From Leucoraja ocellata (taxonomy: Eukaryota): a DNA stretch of 64,000 nt. The notes below the pieces were generated by a model. The model saw only the letters and a program-made list of their open reading frames with translations. It was not told the origin of the DNA and ran no database searches. Shown here in pieces: positions 1-13,597 of the stretch. The number at the start of each line of letters is the position of its first letter. Within the stretch, counting starts at the first letter, position 1. The DNA lies in assembly GCA_036785375.1 (NCBI GenBank), contig JAWMAR010000711.1, positions 682,001 to 746,000 of the forward strand. Reading direction: 5' to 3'. The translations under genes were made by a program, and so were the position numbers.

Positions 1-240
1 AGAACAATGGGTAAGCCATTTAGAATGGAGATGAGGAAACACTTTTTCACACAGAGAGTTGTGAGTGTGGAATTCTCTGCCTCACAGTGGAGGCTGGTTC
101 TCTGGATCTTGAAGATAGCGGAGTCAGGGGATATGGGAAGGTAGGAACGGGGTATTGATTGTGGATGATCAGCCTTGATCATATTGAATGGTGGTGCTGG
201 CTTGAAGGGCCAAATGGCCTACTCCTGCGCCTATTGTCTG
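1..240 (+). mobile_element. CR1-type LINE 3' end
   Basis: gagatgaggaaacactttttcacacagagagttgtgag ... gatcatattgaatggtggtgctggcttgaagggccaaatggcctactcctgc, ending in a ctattgtct tail; same family as 62197-62855. Confidence 0.85.
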
Positions 241-313
241 TCAATTTAATCAACTTCACTACTGACGTCCACCCTTCCCTCAAATTCATTTGGACGATTT
301 CTGACACCTCTCA
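241..313 (+). mobile_element. Penelope-like RT fragment
   Basis: Translates NLINFTTDVHPSLKFIWTISDTS, resembling the Penelope RT FxNxFHPxLKFTWxIS motif. Confidence 0.55.
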
Positions 314-317
314 CCAC

Positions 318-526
318 GGATGCTGTCTGTATGGAGTTTGTACATTCTTCCTGTGTCCGCGTGGTGCTCAGATTACCTTCCACATTCCAAAGATGTGCGG
401 ATTTGTAGGTTAATTGGCATCTGTAAAATTGTCCCTAGGGTGTAGGATAGAACTAGTGTATGAGTGATCGTTATTTTGCGCAGACTCTGTGGGTCAAAGG
501 GCCTGTTTCCACTTTGTATTTCTAAA
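318..526 (+). mobile_element. V-domain tRNA-SINE (HE1-like), 5' truncated
   Basis: tgctgtctgtatggagtttgtacattcttcctgtg V-domain; 3' tail gggcctgtttccactttgtatttctaaac. Confidence 0.8.
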
Positions 527-534
527 CAGCAGAG

Positions 535-665
535 TCCAGACAACGAGGCTTGACCTGAAACATCAACTGTCCATTTTCCTCCACAGATGCTACCAAACGT
601 ACTGAGTTCCTCTAGCAGTTTGTTTTTTTGCTCTAGATGCCAGCATCTATAGTCTCTTGTGTCTG
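535..665 (+). mobile_element. Penelope-like terminal repeat fragment (degenerate hammerhead)
   Basis: ttgacctgaaacatcaactgtccattttcctccacagatgct...ctgagttcctctagcag is a degraded copy of the recurring terminal unit. Confidence 0.65.
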
Positions 666-1364
666 CAATGTGACCGAGGAGCTTTGGGAGTGCTCCAGGG
701 AGAACTTGCTTGATTTACGGCATAATACTCCAATGCGAGCACTGCACAGGAATAATTCCATTTGATGCATGCCTGCTGAGTATATTGTGTCAGACCCGCA
801 AGCATCATCACACACTGAGAAGTGCAAGATCAAATTTTCAGGGTTATACTAAATGACCAGGAAATGGTTGCTAGCATCTTTCACTTAATGTTACGTCTAT
901 TTTAATTTGCGTAGTACTATTTACTTCAGCACTTCACAATATAAATCCTACATAAAAGAGTTCACATTTCAGATCCATGATCTTACAACAAAACCTAGTC
1001 CACAATGTCATTAATCACGATAAAAAAAATCTGCTTATTCACCAACACAATTAAACAACAAGACAAAAATCATCTGTTAATTATATGGCACTTCATCTGT
1101 CATATAAATCTCCTGGGCTATATATCACATTGCCCATGAAGAGACACAAAAAGGTTGCGTTGCTCTGAGGCCTGTACCAAATCTGTGCAAGACTCTCTGG
1201 TAGGGGTATTTTATTACACAAGATCCCAGCATTGTTTACAACAGAAAAATATTTATACAGTTAAATATGCAAATAGGCATTTTGTCTGTAACGTGTTGCC
1301 AGCCTGGAGCTCAAAGTCAATTGGGCTGCTTATTGTTTAGTTCTTCATTTTATTTTGTGCTCTT

Positions 1365-2300
1365 TTGGAGATCTGGGCACGACTGACAAGACTAGCCTTA
1401 CGAACTATCAGTAAATGCCCTTAATAATGTGGCAGTTAACCAGCTAATTGAATTGTTACAGAATTATTAAAAGATACTGACCAGATTCATCGGGTGGGGA
1501 GGAGCCAGTAACATAATTAGTCAGTGACATACTTCCAAGTCAGTTTTCAGTGTAATCTGACGATCGCGATCTCCCCATGTACAAGCTGCCTACTCTTTAT
1601 GTTAGTAGGGGCTGCGAGGTTGGGAGGTGTTGTCACAGTCGGAGAAGTGAGTAAATGCAGCACATTTTTGTACACTCTACAGTCAGAGGGACCAAGGTTT
1701 TATGGCATTGGAGTTATGCCAATCAAGTGTGCGGCTTTGTACTATGCGTCTTGAGTGTTGTTGGGGTTGAAGCCATTCAAGAAAATTTAAGGAATTCCAT
1801 CAAACTCTTTCTGCCTGATAGAAGGTGGAGAGGCTTTGAGGTATTAGGAAGCGAGTCAGGCATGGCAGGTTTACAAGCCTCTGTCTCATTCTTGTAGCCA
1901 CAGTATTTATATGGTTAGCCCAAATAAATTTCCGACTAATGCCCCATCTTCCGAAAATGGAGATGACCTTGGAGCTTCATCCTCCTCCCATGGGCTTTTA
2001 ATTATCCACCACCATTTAAAATTGATGTAGTAGACTGCAAAACTACTATCAAATCAATTGTTTGTGAGATTGCTTTGCTCTTTCATGTTGTTTGCATGCA
2101 TGTTGTTGCTTCTGTTAGCGATTGGTGTCTCATTGCAGTTATGCAGGCTTGATGTTGTTTCTATCCACTCTTCTCCACTCCCCTATGAACAAAGCTGATC
2201 TCCTGACTTAACAGCAATGGTAGGGTGAGGGCTATGCCATACTGTGAATTTCTGCTGCTGCCGATGTCTTAACAGTGCCACATGAATGCCCAATTTACAT
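1365..2300 (-). mobile_element. Old CR1-like LINE 3' portion
   Basis: Degraded match to the elasmobranch LINE end (tctgggcacgactgacaagactagc...atgcccttaataatgtgg; tcttgtagccacagtatttatatggt). Confidence 0.5.
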
Positions 2301-3462
2301 CAGCCAGACCTTTTCTCATGACTATTAAATAAATTCTAGTTCCAAAAATGCAATAGTAAGTGAGTCTATCCATGGCTGTTTTATGCACCTCTAACTCAGC
2401 CCAAATCAAATTCCAGGGCTGGAAATTAATTCACACAATGTAAAATAAAATCCAGCTAACATGCAAAAGATCTAATTTTGTTTTCAACTCCTCATGTTCA
2501 GCAAGACTTTCATTTTCCCTACCATTCCTTCTCCGGTATAAAGCTTCCTCAAATGACTCAACATTCATTGGCAGGGAGATTTTCTACCTCACTGCTCTGA
2601 AAAGTGAGAGTGCATTATGTGCCAAATAACCAGGTTTTAGTAATCCTGTTTCCCTGAAACCATGCATTTTAATGTGCCAACAATCCTACTGATTGTACAT
2701 ACGGTGTGCTTGTAAAGTGTCCAGTGGGCTCTCAGTGTGCCTTGACTGCTTTGCTTCTGTTGGTCAGGATCATAATCACACTCAGCTTCCTAATTCTAGG
2801 ATTAGTCATTACCACTGATCTCTGCCATGTCTCACAGGCTGCTGCTCAATGCTGCACTGGGAAGAAGATGAATTATCACCCACTTTCCCTTCAACCCACA
2901 GGAGCAATCAGAGAGAGTCAACATTTGCACGAGGCGTGCAGGCTCGACCTACAGTGGCAAGTAGAGAATATTCAGACTTGAAATTTGCAGATAATTAAAA
3001 AATTAAGATGAGAACAATTTTGGAGGGATGAACCATTGAAAAAGTGAGAGCAGATACAAACGTTTGAGCTCACAACAAGCAAAATGTCATCAGAAAGTTT
3101 CCACAATGTTTTCCTTGATCAATGAATTGTGCTGAATCTCAGACATTTAAAGCATGGATGGGCATTAACACTACCAGCTCCCTCTGACCAATTATATTGC
3201 TCTCCCCGTGTACCCTTCCACATTTTTTTCACTTATCCCATTTCATTTTACGTTATTGTTGAAGCTGCTTCGATACAGAACAAAATTACAGCTACACTGC
3301 AGTTTCTCGTGTCATGAAATGTATTTGTAACAGCTTTAGCTACATGACAAAAATGTTCCCCATGATGCCAATAACCTAATTTCGACAATACTAACTCCAT
3401 CACAATATAGTGCACAATAGCAGCTATACATTTACATCGTTTTTTCCCTTATAGATCCATAC

Positions 3463-3611
3463 CTGATTTTCATCCTGTTCATCCATGCTGTATTCTGTGT
3501 TTGTCTGTACTTCTGAGGCTTTATCTCCCAACAGAAAGCCTAGTCGTGTCATTAGTGTACTTGCAGCCTCATCCACAGAGGGTGGCGGTCCAAGTTCCTG
3601 TTCTGAATCAC
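3463..3611 (-). CDS. TANC2: TANC2 coding exon (149 nt, phase 1-0)
   Basis: Translates (G)[49 protein letters not shown], a conserved TANC motif; acceptor ttcctgcacag, donor CAG|gtatgg. Confidence 0.95.
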
Positions 3612-6600
3612 CTGTGCAGGAAGATGAATAATAAATCAATTCAATTAAGTAACATCACTCTAATTTACACACAAGAGGACAATAGCATTCTATCATGATC
3701 AGTCTCTCTGATCTACATTTGTATCACTAATGTTTACTCATTTATACAGATGTTGTAATGGCTGCACAGCTGCATAATTGGGAAGTTTATCCTCATAGAA
3801 CACGTAGACACGTACCTTTGTGGATACTAAACCAAAATACATGCCCACATAAATATGAATTCAGATTTACAGCCATCTAAATATAACCAGACTGTTCACA
3901 GCATAAAGTGAATTTTAAATCTTTCAATTCACTGCAATATTCACCCTTGCAGAAGTTTACCTGAAACACTTGAACAAATGCTTCAAATATTCCAAAACAC
4001 TATTTTGCTCATACATACCATTGCAAAAAAACTAATACGTACAGAATTGCTTTGAAGTAAGTGCCTCTGATGAGCATACAAAAGCCATAACCTACTTGCA
4101 CTAGGAAAAAAAGGTACCAAGGGGAATAGTTAAATATAGCTTGGAGGTTACTTGACACAGAAAATCCATGCAACACATGAATGTGACAGGGCTTTCATAT
4201 TTATTTTTAATTGTAATAGGAACATTCAAAGAGTATAGGACATAAAATAAACAATGCATGCATAGTAATTTAGTGAATGGTCTCCATCAGTACATTTGTT
4301 TTAGCATATTATGCATAAATTCTATGAGCCTAACAAAGTACCCATTAGTCTCAGCTGTGAACATTTTGAAGATGTCAACAGATAATGTGCCCGCTGAATT
4401 TGTGCATTCACATCACATAAATGTTTGGCTGCAAATATGCTGCTGCATATAAATGCCACCTTGCCTGTGGGTAGTTTTTCCAGTTATTGTAAGATTTGCT
4501 AATTTATTTTTCACCATTCTGCTTGCCCTTCATTGTTATCCTGGCAATGTAAAGGAAAACTACTATACACAGAAGCAAAATATATCTAGGAGCATTGGTA
4601 AAGAAGATGGCCTGATACACCAGAGCCAGTTATGTCACTTAATGAGTGGGCTGATGAATTACTTGCTCTTTGTATATCTCCCTAAGAAAGAAACTCTACC
4701 TATTCTATGAAATTGTTTTACTTCACTATAGCATATTTAGCGATAAGAGCAAAACTTGACAAATACTAAGTCTCCTCTGGATAAATGCCGTCAGAAGTCT
4801 TATTGTAGGTACAATTAGACCAACAGCATTTTCATACTTTTGCGGAAAGGACACCTGTTCAGATTCATTTACGGTTCACAAAACAAATACATGCCATGCA
4901 TGTAAATCATTTAATAGCCTCTGTAACTTCCACTGCTAAGAAGAAAATATTTTTGTACACATGCTGCCTCTTTCAAATTAACTGAACTAACAAACTAGTG
5001 TCCGCATAAAAATCAAAGGGGCACCCTACTATTGAGAGTCACAACATTGATTTGGAACCGTGGAATGAGGATGAAATAGGGCTAGATAGGGCTTCTACAC
5101 CTGTAGCTTTTCTCACCATTATGTCACTGTTTAACACATCCCACAAATAAACCATCCACTTTGAAAACAATTTATGGCATTTTGAGAGCAGAATGAATAA
5201 AAATGCAAATTCCACGTGGTTGACATTTAATGAGGTTTTACTGATAAATTAAAAGGAATTATTTTTTCATGCTGCCCTTCACAGTGTAGCTTTCTTCGAT
5301 TTTATTAGTCAAAATGGAAAAATTCAAGCCCCATTATTAATACGCGTTTCCAAACAATTCCATTTCCCATAGATCATTTCATGTTTGAGAGAAGGAGAAA
5401 AAGGATAAAACTAATGTGAAGGTTGCAACTGGAAGTTCAGGGTACCTGTAAAAAGATTTAGAATATGTCTAAATATAAAGCATGACTGGAAGTATTACCA
5501 AGAAGAAAGGAAATGGGTGTTTCTGAACTTTGTAAAAAGGAGAAAGACGGAGAACATAAAGTAGAACCAAAAAACATTGTAAGAGGAAGAAATGAAATAA
5601 GTAGCAATTGGGAAAGAAGCGAATTCCAGAAAATAGAAGCATTGTGCTTGAAGGAGCCAGACATTTGGTTTTCCTGAGGATACCGGGCAAGAAAGGATTG
5701 CTACGAATGCAAGGAACACAGCAGCATGACTTTTGAAATTGATTAGCTGCTGTCAAGGAAGTCAATGAAGCTTGACTAATAGGACATTAATGAGAGGATG
5801 CAGCAATGTTATTTTACATAAATTCATGCTTTGAATTACAATGGTAATATGAGAATCAACCTAGGAGGTTGCGAGAAAAGTAAACCTTAAGATAATGAAA
5901 ACATGGCATAGTTTCAACTGGGTTTTAATGTAAGATCATTGAACTAAAATGTTAACTCAGTTTCTCTCCCCACAGTCATTGTCTCACCTGCTGAGTATTG
6001 TTCCACCATTCTGTTTCTTAATTCTAGTCACCGACACAAATTTCCTATAAGTTGAAACTCTCTAATCCAGCACCATTGGGACCTAATTGGTCCCAGACCA
6101 CAGATAAATCAGATGTATTCATATTTCTCAGTGGTTAAACTGGGAGATCTGATCAATTAATATTCAGCTCTGCCAGTCAAATTTATTTCAGTAGGTAGAT
6201 GTGTCTCAAAAGACACAGATAAATTCAAATTACTTACTAATTATTTTATTTAACTGAGATGATTAAATGTAAAAAAAAAAAAAAATAGTGTTTCATTGCC
6301 TCTTCATTTACTTTTAAAATGTTTTAATAATTTTAAAATGTTGGTGTATTTTTAATGGTTAATTGTTTTTATATATTGCCCTTACTATCCCTGGCCTAAT
6401 TCAATCTTCATATTGGCCTATGTTCTGCGCCCAGCAGGCCCAAAATACGAGACAAACTTATGTACTCTGGTTCCTGACTCACTGACCAGTATTTCCTTAA
6501 GTAATTCCTTATAATTATGGATTAAATGTCGATCATTTCTATTTCTCGTTACTCAGTAAAATATACTCATCCTTAGCATCACTTTAGAAATCCTGCAAAG

Positions 6601-6672
6601 CCCCTGCAAGGAGTAATAGAAAGGCTGATTCAAATTGTCAAATGAAAACACAATGGAAAAATTGGAATTGCA

Positions 6673-6760
6673 GGTAGACAAAAATGCTGGAGAAACTCAG
6701 CGTCTTTGGAGTGAAGGAAATAGGCAATGTTTCGGGTCGAGACCCTTCTTCAGACTGATG
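6673..6760 (-). mobile_element. Penelope-like terminal fragment with hammerhead core
   Basis: Minus strand reads CTGAAGA-agggtctcgaccc-GAAAC, followed by the ctgagtttctccagcatttttgtctacc unit. Confidence 0.8.
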
Positions 6761-8894
6761 TGAGGGTGTGGGGGGGGGGGGGGGGGGAGGTGGAAGAAGA
6801 AAGGAATTGCATAATTTCTGAATAAAAACCAATATACTGAAAATGGATTATAAAAGAAAAAGATGAAAGGTTAATGGCATAGATTTCCCAAGGATCTACA
6901 AGCTGCTCGAGTTTGTCGTTACTTGCCCCTGCAGTCCACTTTTGCTTGTACTAAATCCCTGTTGGCATGCTGGGAGTGTATGAGAACGAGCCGATAAATT
7001 TGGGGAGGATCACCAGAGAGGAGATCATGGTTAGATGAAAGAATAGAAGCGCAGGGATACAGATTATGGGAGTGAACCAAAGGACAACAGTGGATATTAG
7101 GAGGGAGTGGAGACTGATCATTGTGAATGGACAAGAGATAAAAGAGTAAATCCTTTCCTCTGATGAAAGGTCATCAACATGAAATGTTTACCCTTTTTCT
7201 CTCTTCATTGTTGTTACCTGTCCCATTGTGTAACTCCAACATTTTCTGTTTTTATCTCAGATTTCCAGCATTTGTTGCCTTCTTCCTTTTCAAAACAGGA
7301 ACAGACTACTTTAAGGTAGATTTAAGGTGGATATACTCCCCAAAAACCCAGTTATGAATAATACTCCCCTTAAGTATTGCCGGGATTTTCTCCAGTTCAA
7401 GAGACCCACACCATTTATTCATTGCATAAACTTGGCAAAACTTTGTGCTTGTGGATTAATCAACTATTGTAAACCCATTGACGTCACTGTGCGTGCCATT
7501 TGGCCTTTTTGCGGGGGCGAGTATGGTTTGTATTGAATTTTTTGAATGTGCCCTACATGAGTACAAAATAATAGATTTACTAGAACAAAATTCACCTGCA
7601 TGTACTGTTATACGTGATAAAGCCTCCACCTTTGAAGTTAAATCCTACTATAGATGGAATAACGGTACCAGCACTGTAAATGAATATTCACAATGGCCAA
7701 TGTACATTCTATGAAGCAGTGCTCACCTAGCCAAGAGCAACTAAATTATGCATAAAACTTAAGAGACTATGAACCAGTGATATGCTTTGAAGACATTAAA
7801 CGTCTGAATCGTATTAGCAGCAGGGGGATAAACAGTAGTAAGTGTACAATTATAATTAATTGTCACGGCATTAATATTTTGTTACTTCAACAGAGGTCAC
7901 TGCACACTTTGATAAATTCTGTAAAACTAAACATTACTGCCTGCTATTTAAAAATAACTCATCAGGAATCTGCAGAGTTAGATTGCTTCAGCTCAGGAAA
8001 CAGAATGAAAAGTTCTGATCAATCCTATTCTCCTTAGAAAGTCTCGCCATCTTGTCTGTTGAATAGGATCCTGTATTGGTAGCATGATGCAACAATATTT
8101 TGTTCTCTTTACCAAAGACAACAAATGGAATAGAAGTGGAAAAGAGAATTCTCACACCTGGGCATCATTTTACATTTCAGTAAACATCTTTTATATTCAT
8201 CCAATTAATTGCATTCTATTCTTTAAAATACAGACAATGCTCGACAACAATCCCCCCAGGATAACATAATTGTTCAACTGCACTTACCCGTTTCGCTGTG
8301 AACAGCAGTAATTATATCATTTTTCATGCACTAAGGTTTGATACAACAAGGTTTGAAGTATTTAAATGCTGAAAATGGAAAATAAAATCCCTTTAACCAG
8401 ACAGTTGCAACAGCAAATGCTCAAAGCAAAGGGAGTACCTTGAACATCAGGGAGGGGAAGTCTCCTACAGGGATGTTACTCCCACTTGAGCAATCTCATT
8501 AGCTAGAATTTCCAGCAGGCAAATAGGTCTATACCACTTGTTTGTTTCAGAGGGTTTTAGTACTGACTGCAAGTTATGAATATCCAAACACAAATGATAT
8601 GGAATTAGAAATAATCAAGTTTGCTGAATAATTAATTGATGTCACTTATACAATTTTCTTTCCCCATCCTGAGGGGAAGTGGGGATGTTCTAGAGGGGTG
8701 AACAGCCATAGGTTGTGGTCCATACCGGTACCAATTATGTAGAAATAAAATAGGATGAAGTTCTGCAAGATTAGGCAGGAGATTAAAGAGCAGAACATCA
8801 AAGGGAGTAATTTCTGGATTTCAACCAGTGGTACAATTCAGCACCAACAGAAATAGTGCAAATGCGCACTTTGGCCGAAGAGAACATGCAGTTC

Positions 8895-9095
8895 CGACTC
8901 TTTTTGAGTAGAGGTAGGGTAAAGTGTTACATCTCCTGGAGTTGCAGAGGAAAGTGACTAGGGAGTGGGGGATTGGGTGAGAACTAGTGGTCTCTGCAGA
9001 AAGCAGTGGGACATGAAAATGTAACTGGTGGTGGGATCACATTGGTGGAAATGGTCATAGAATGATGTGTTGGATGTGGAAGCTGGTAGGGTCAT
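8895..9095 (-). mobile_element. Penelope-like internal fragment
   Basis: aaagtgttacatctcctggagttgcag...ggtggtgggatc...gatgtgttggatgtggaagctggtaggg resembles the reverse strand of the elasmobranch PLE ORF. Confidence 0.45.
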
Positions 9096-9129
9096 AGTCA
9101 TACTGTACGGAAATCTCCATTATTCCAGT

Positions 9130-10335
9130 CCCCGCCCAAAAAAATAAAGTGACTTGTCTCAATGTCTACTGCCCAGTAGCTCTAACACTGACTATAATGA
9201 AGTGATTTGAAAGATTGGTAATATCCCATGTTTGTGACAGCCTCCTGGACAAACTAGGTTGCATATCATTTGCATAGAAGAAAAAGTAGGTCTGCAGAGG
9301 ATGACGTATTTCTTGTACTACATTCAGCCCTGGGTCAACTTGAGGAAAAGAACACCTATGTCAGGACGCTATTCATTGTCTACAGCTCAACCTTCAACAT
9401 CATAATACCGAATATGCTCATCGCTAAACTTCTGGACCTTAGCCTTGGGACCAGTAAATCGGGTTTCACTGTACCATAATTGGTACACGTGACAATAAAA
9501 TACCTTTGAACCATCTGAATTGGTTTCCGATCGGCAGACCAAAATCGGTTAGAATTGGTCATAACTTTTCTCCACCCTGACCCTAAACACTGGTGCCCCT
9601 CATGGTTCTGTGCTATACTCTATCTACGCCCATGGTTGTGTGGCAAAGTACAACACCAACTCCATCTTTAATTTTGCCAATAATGCCACTATTCCTGGCC
9701 AGATCTACAATAACAATGAGTCAATGTGCAGTAACGAGATAGAGAACCTTGCGTCATGGTGTCAGGGCAACAACCTACCCCTTAAATATCAGCATGATAA
9801 GAGTTGGTTATTGAGCTAAGGAAACGGGGGGATGAACACAACCCTGACCTAATCGACAGAATTGCCTTACACTGCCTTTTACTGAATTTCTGCAACAGCA
9901 GAATGGTTAAACACAAATTTAAACCCGATGCCAGGGATGGGCGAGGGGGGATGGGTAGCGGGGGTGGGGGGGGGGGGGGGGTTGGTATATCTCCATCTTC
10001 TCTTTTTTTAAATTTATTTTATTTTCTCTTGCACTTCTTTGGTAAGTTTGGGGTCTTTTTCTTGCTTTCTCTTATTTTCTATTTCTTCATTCTCTTCTTT
10101 TTTTCTCTTCTTTTCTTTTTTTTTTGATTTAGGTTTTACTGTTAAAAATGAAGCTGTACAATAATTGTATAACTGTTATGTTGATCGCCTTATCCCTGTA
10201 CAATTGCTTCTAATAAAATAAATAAAATTAAAAAAAAAAAATTGCTTTACCGACGGCGACAGCTTCAAGTTCCTCGCCATCCATATCACCAGCAAACTAA
10301 CCTGGTCCCTACACAATGATGCAGTGATCAAGTAT
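9130..10335 (+). mobile_element. Rex1/Babar-clade LINE RT fragment, interrupted by a poly(A) insertion
   Basis: Frameshifted RT motifs: YCPVALTLTIMK, LHSALGQLEEKNTYVRTLFIVYSSTFNIIIP, LNTGAPHG, EIENLASWCQGNNL. Confidence 0.8.
9871..10239 (+). mobile_element. Poly(A)-tailed retro-insertion (probable L1/Tx1 3' UTR)
   Basis: G-rich then T-rich body, AATAAA and an A-tail; TSD aattgccttac (9860-9870) / aattgctttac (10240-10250). Confidence 0.7.
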
Positions 10336-10680
10336 CAATGAAGATAGCGAATGCATTGGAAACTGAATTTTAGCAAGGCTTATGAAAACATTGATAAAGG
10401 ATTCAAAATAGCATGGGATCCAGATTAAAAAAAACAAGTTTGATTAAAGATCAGTGGCAGAAAATGGTAATATTTGACCAGAATTGTGTACCTAGAAGGC
10501 TGGTGGTGCACTGAGTTGCATTGAGGAAGAACAGCTTATTAGCAATTCAGGACTCACTAGCTATATCGTTTGCGTCATTAGATGTACCTGTACAATTTCG
10601 ACTACAATTAGATGCATCAATGTTCTCGTTTATCATAACATTTCAAACTTCAGAATGGATCTACTTCCTGCTCTAATTTA

Positions 10681-10987
10681 TGGGCCTGTCCCACTTAGGC
10701 GATTTTTTAGGCAACTACAGGCGACTAGTTTATTGCCACATTTTCGCCAGGAGTAGTCTCCTCAGTCGCGCTAAAAGTCATAGCGTCTTTCTGGTCACCG
10801 CAAATTTTCAACATGTTGACATTTTTTCAGCGACAGTGGGTTCGACGCCAATGAGCGTAGCTTGACTTCTCCTGACGTAGGTGCTGTCATAGGTTTACCC
10901 CAAGGAAGACGCAGGTCGTCGCCGGTTTTTCGGCAACCTGACAGTCACCGGCAGTTGCCTAAAAAATCGCCACATGAGACTGGCTCA
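10681..10987. mobile_element. MITE, PIF/Harbinger-like
   Basis: TIRs tgggcctgtcccacttaggcgattttttaggcaact ... agttgcctaaaaaatcgccacatgagactggctca; TTA on both sides. Confidence 0.8.
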
Positions 10988-11689
10988 TTAGGCAGTTCTT
11001 GCTCAATGCATCTCAGGCACGTCAAAATTTCAGACCCTGATCATTATTCAGAAGACATAGACTTTATGAGCAGCAGGGGATTGAAAAGTGATAAAATCCT
11101 AATGGGATGAAAGACATGACATGGCATTTAAACTGGCTTACCTGCTATTTGAGTTGGGGGATGAGGGTGGCAGAGAATGGGATTGTACTAGTTTACAGCC
11201 TATGTTAATAGTAGAAAAGAAGCCACACTCATTACATCAGAAAATAATCTTTAGCAAAATTAAACAATGAGGCTGGAGTATGTATTTTAAACAAGATAAA
11301 GCTCTTAAAGCTAAAAAGTTTCAAAGAAGTATTTTTTTACTATAAACACCAATGCACATTAAGTTTTTACAGTTTCAATTTGAAAGAGTAATAAATCCCA
11401 GTTGCATACAGAGTCTCTTGAACAATTTACTATATACTTCTAGCATTAACAATAATGCTTGATAGAGTTACATTTTTGTCTGGTTGAACAATATATCAGG
11501 TCAAAGGCAGCGGCAATATTTATAGAGAGTAGAGGCTAATATTTTGCGCCATTCAAGAGGCAAAAGGCACAATGGAATCAGAAATCTTGGGACAAGCTAA
11601 CAGAGTGCCAATAGATAAAAGGATTTAAAAATAATTTCAGGATTAATTAAATAGATAATATGATTTAAAAGTGCTAAGATAATAAATAA

Positions 11690-11975
11690 TCCAGAGATCC
11701 GGGTTTGATTTTGGCCAGTTTCTGGGTGTGTGGAAATTACAAGTTCTCTCCATTCCTCCAGTTTATTTCCATATCCCAAAGACCTGTCGGAAGATTACTT
11801 TGCTACTGTAAATCACTCCTGACAGGAGGTCAATGGCAAAAAGAATCAAAGGGGAGTTGATGGGCATGTTTGAGAGAGAACAAGTTGGAGGAGTACTAAG
11901 AAAATGAGGGGGAATGGGTCAAAGAGTAGCTGGCATGGAGTTGATGGGCTAAATGTCCCTCTACTGTGCCATTAC
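11690..11975 (+). mobile_element. Old tRNA-derived SINE remnant
   Basis: ccagagatccgggtttgatt B-box-like motif; ccagtttatttccatatcccaaagac; CR1-like tail gatgggctaaatgtccctctactgtg. Confidence 0.5.
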
Positions 11976-12049
11976 ATAAATTAATTCAGGAAGGTTTTAA
12001 AAAGGACAAGAGCATTATTGTGGACCATTAAGGGGATTCATTTTTTAAT

Positions 12050-13160
12050 AAACAAACAGTATGGTTGGATGTGGAGGCAGGACAATAGAATTGGTACTGG
12101 ACCCCAAGAAAGGCAGTTTGTAGAATGCCTCCGAGATGGATTATTCGAGCAGCTTGTACTGGAGCCTACCAGGGAGAAGGCAATTCTGGATTTAGTGTTG
12201 TGTAATGAACCAGATTTGATAAAGGGAACTCGAGGTAAAGGAGCCATTAGGACAGGGGTCAGCAACCTGCGGCCCATAACCCGGAATCATCTGGCCCGCA
12301 GGCGGATTTTTTATCCCGTAATCATCCGGCCCGCCGAGCGCCATGCGCGGCCGAGCGCTGAGCTCTGGCTGTACTACATCCTGCACAAAGCCACCGGCAC
12401 GGTCGCACACCTTCTGTGAACACGTTTAAGAAAATACTTCAGATGCTGGAAAAATCATAGGTAGGGCGGGATGGGGGTGGGATCCATGTGTACATGTGTT
12501 AGATGTGGCCCGCCATCCGTTCAGACATGCGTCCTGGCCCCTATGCAGAACAAGGTCGCCGACCCCTGCATTAGGAGGTAGTGACCATAATATGATAAGT
12601 TTTAATCTACAATTTGAGAGGGAGAAGGGAAAATCGGAAGTGTCAGTGTTCCAGTTGAGCAAAGGGGACTATGGAGGCATGAGCGAAGAGCTGGCCAAAG
12701 TTGACTTGAAAGAGACCCTAGCAGGGATGACAGTGGAACAACAATGGCAGGTATTTCTGGGAATAATACAGAATGTGCAGGATCAGTTCATTCCAAGGAG
12801 GAAGAACGATTCTAAGGGGAGTAAGAGGCGATCCTGGCTGACACGGGAAGTCAAGGGCAGCATAAATATAAAAGAGGAGAAGTATAACATAGCAAAGATG
12901 AGTGGGAAGCCAGAGGATTGGGAATCTTTGAAAGAGCATCAGAAGGTAGCTAAAAAGGCAATACGGGGAGAAAAGATGAGGTATATACATTAATGAATTA
13001 GATGAAGGGATTAAAAGTGGCATTAGTAAATTTGCAGATCACACCAAGCTGGGTGGCAATGTGAGGAGGATGCCATGAGGATGCAGAGTGACTTGGACAG
13101 TTTTGGTAAGTGGGCAGATGCATGGCAGATGCAGTTTAATGTGGATAAATGTGAGGTTAT
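12050..13160 (+). mobile_element. CR1 LINE ORF2 fragment (endonuclease to RT, internally deleted)
   Basis: FVECLRDGLFEQLVLEPTREKAILDLVLCNEPDLI, LGGSDHNMISF, ISKFADHTKLGG; split by the hAT MITE at 12253. Confidence 0.9.
12253..12568. mobile_element. Non-autonomous hAT (Buster/Charlie-type) MITE
   Basis: TIRs caggggtcagcaacct / aggtcgccgacccctg; perfect 8-bp TSD cattagga with central TA. Confidence 0.92.
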
Positions 13161-13597
13161 CATTAAGTCATCGGTTGAGTAGAGGCAAGGGGTTCAGCAA
13201 AACTCCGGTCAGACTGAGAACTGGGAATTCATTGATCTTTTATCAAATTGTACAAATAAGTAACTTTTCAATACAGCAAAGCCAAGAACCCAAATAATTC
13301 ATGAATTCAGAAAAAAAGGATCATGCCTTTAAAAATGTGTCTGTATTATTATGCAGCCTGCTGCCAATTAGATGAACATTGAACATTGTCATAGGTGCAA
13401 AGAACTGTGAAAATATGCACTATATATTTCCAGGAAGACTGTGTATATTAAACATGAAGACTGTCTTCAGAAGTGAAACAGACAATATTTTTAGCTACTA
13501 TTTTTTTCCAACTTGAAAAATAAATGGTCCTAATCTGAGAAGAAATATATTATTTTGTAAAATCCAGATTAAGACCAAAATGTCACTTATTTCATTT

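Noticed and set aside
1-3460. Next TANC2 exon (TQRISPCSTL...)
   Set aside because: Not found by eye; presumably beyond the left edge of the window.
5205-5225. tccacgtgg resembling an HDV L3 loop
   Set aside because: No P1, P2 or P3 pairing and no tail or TSD.
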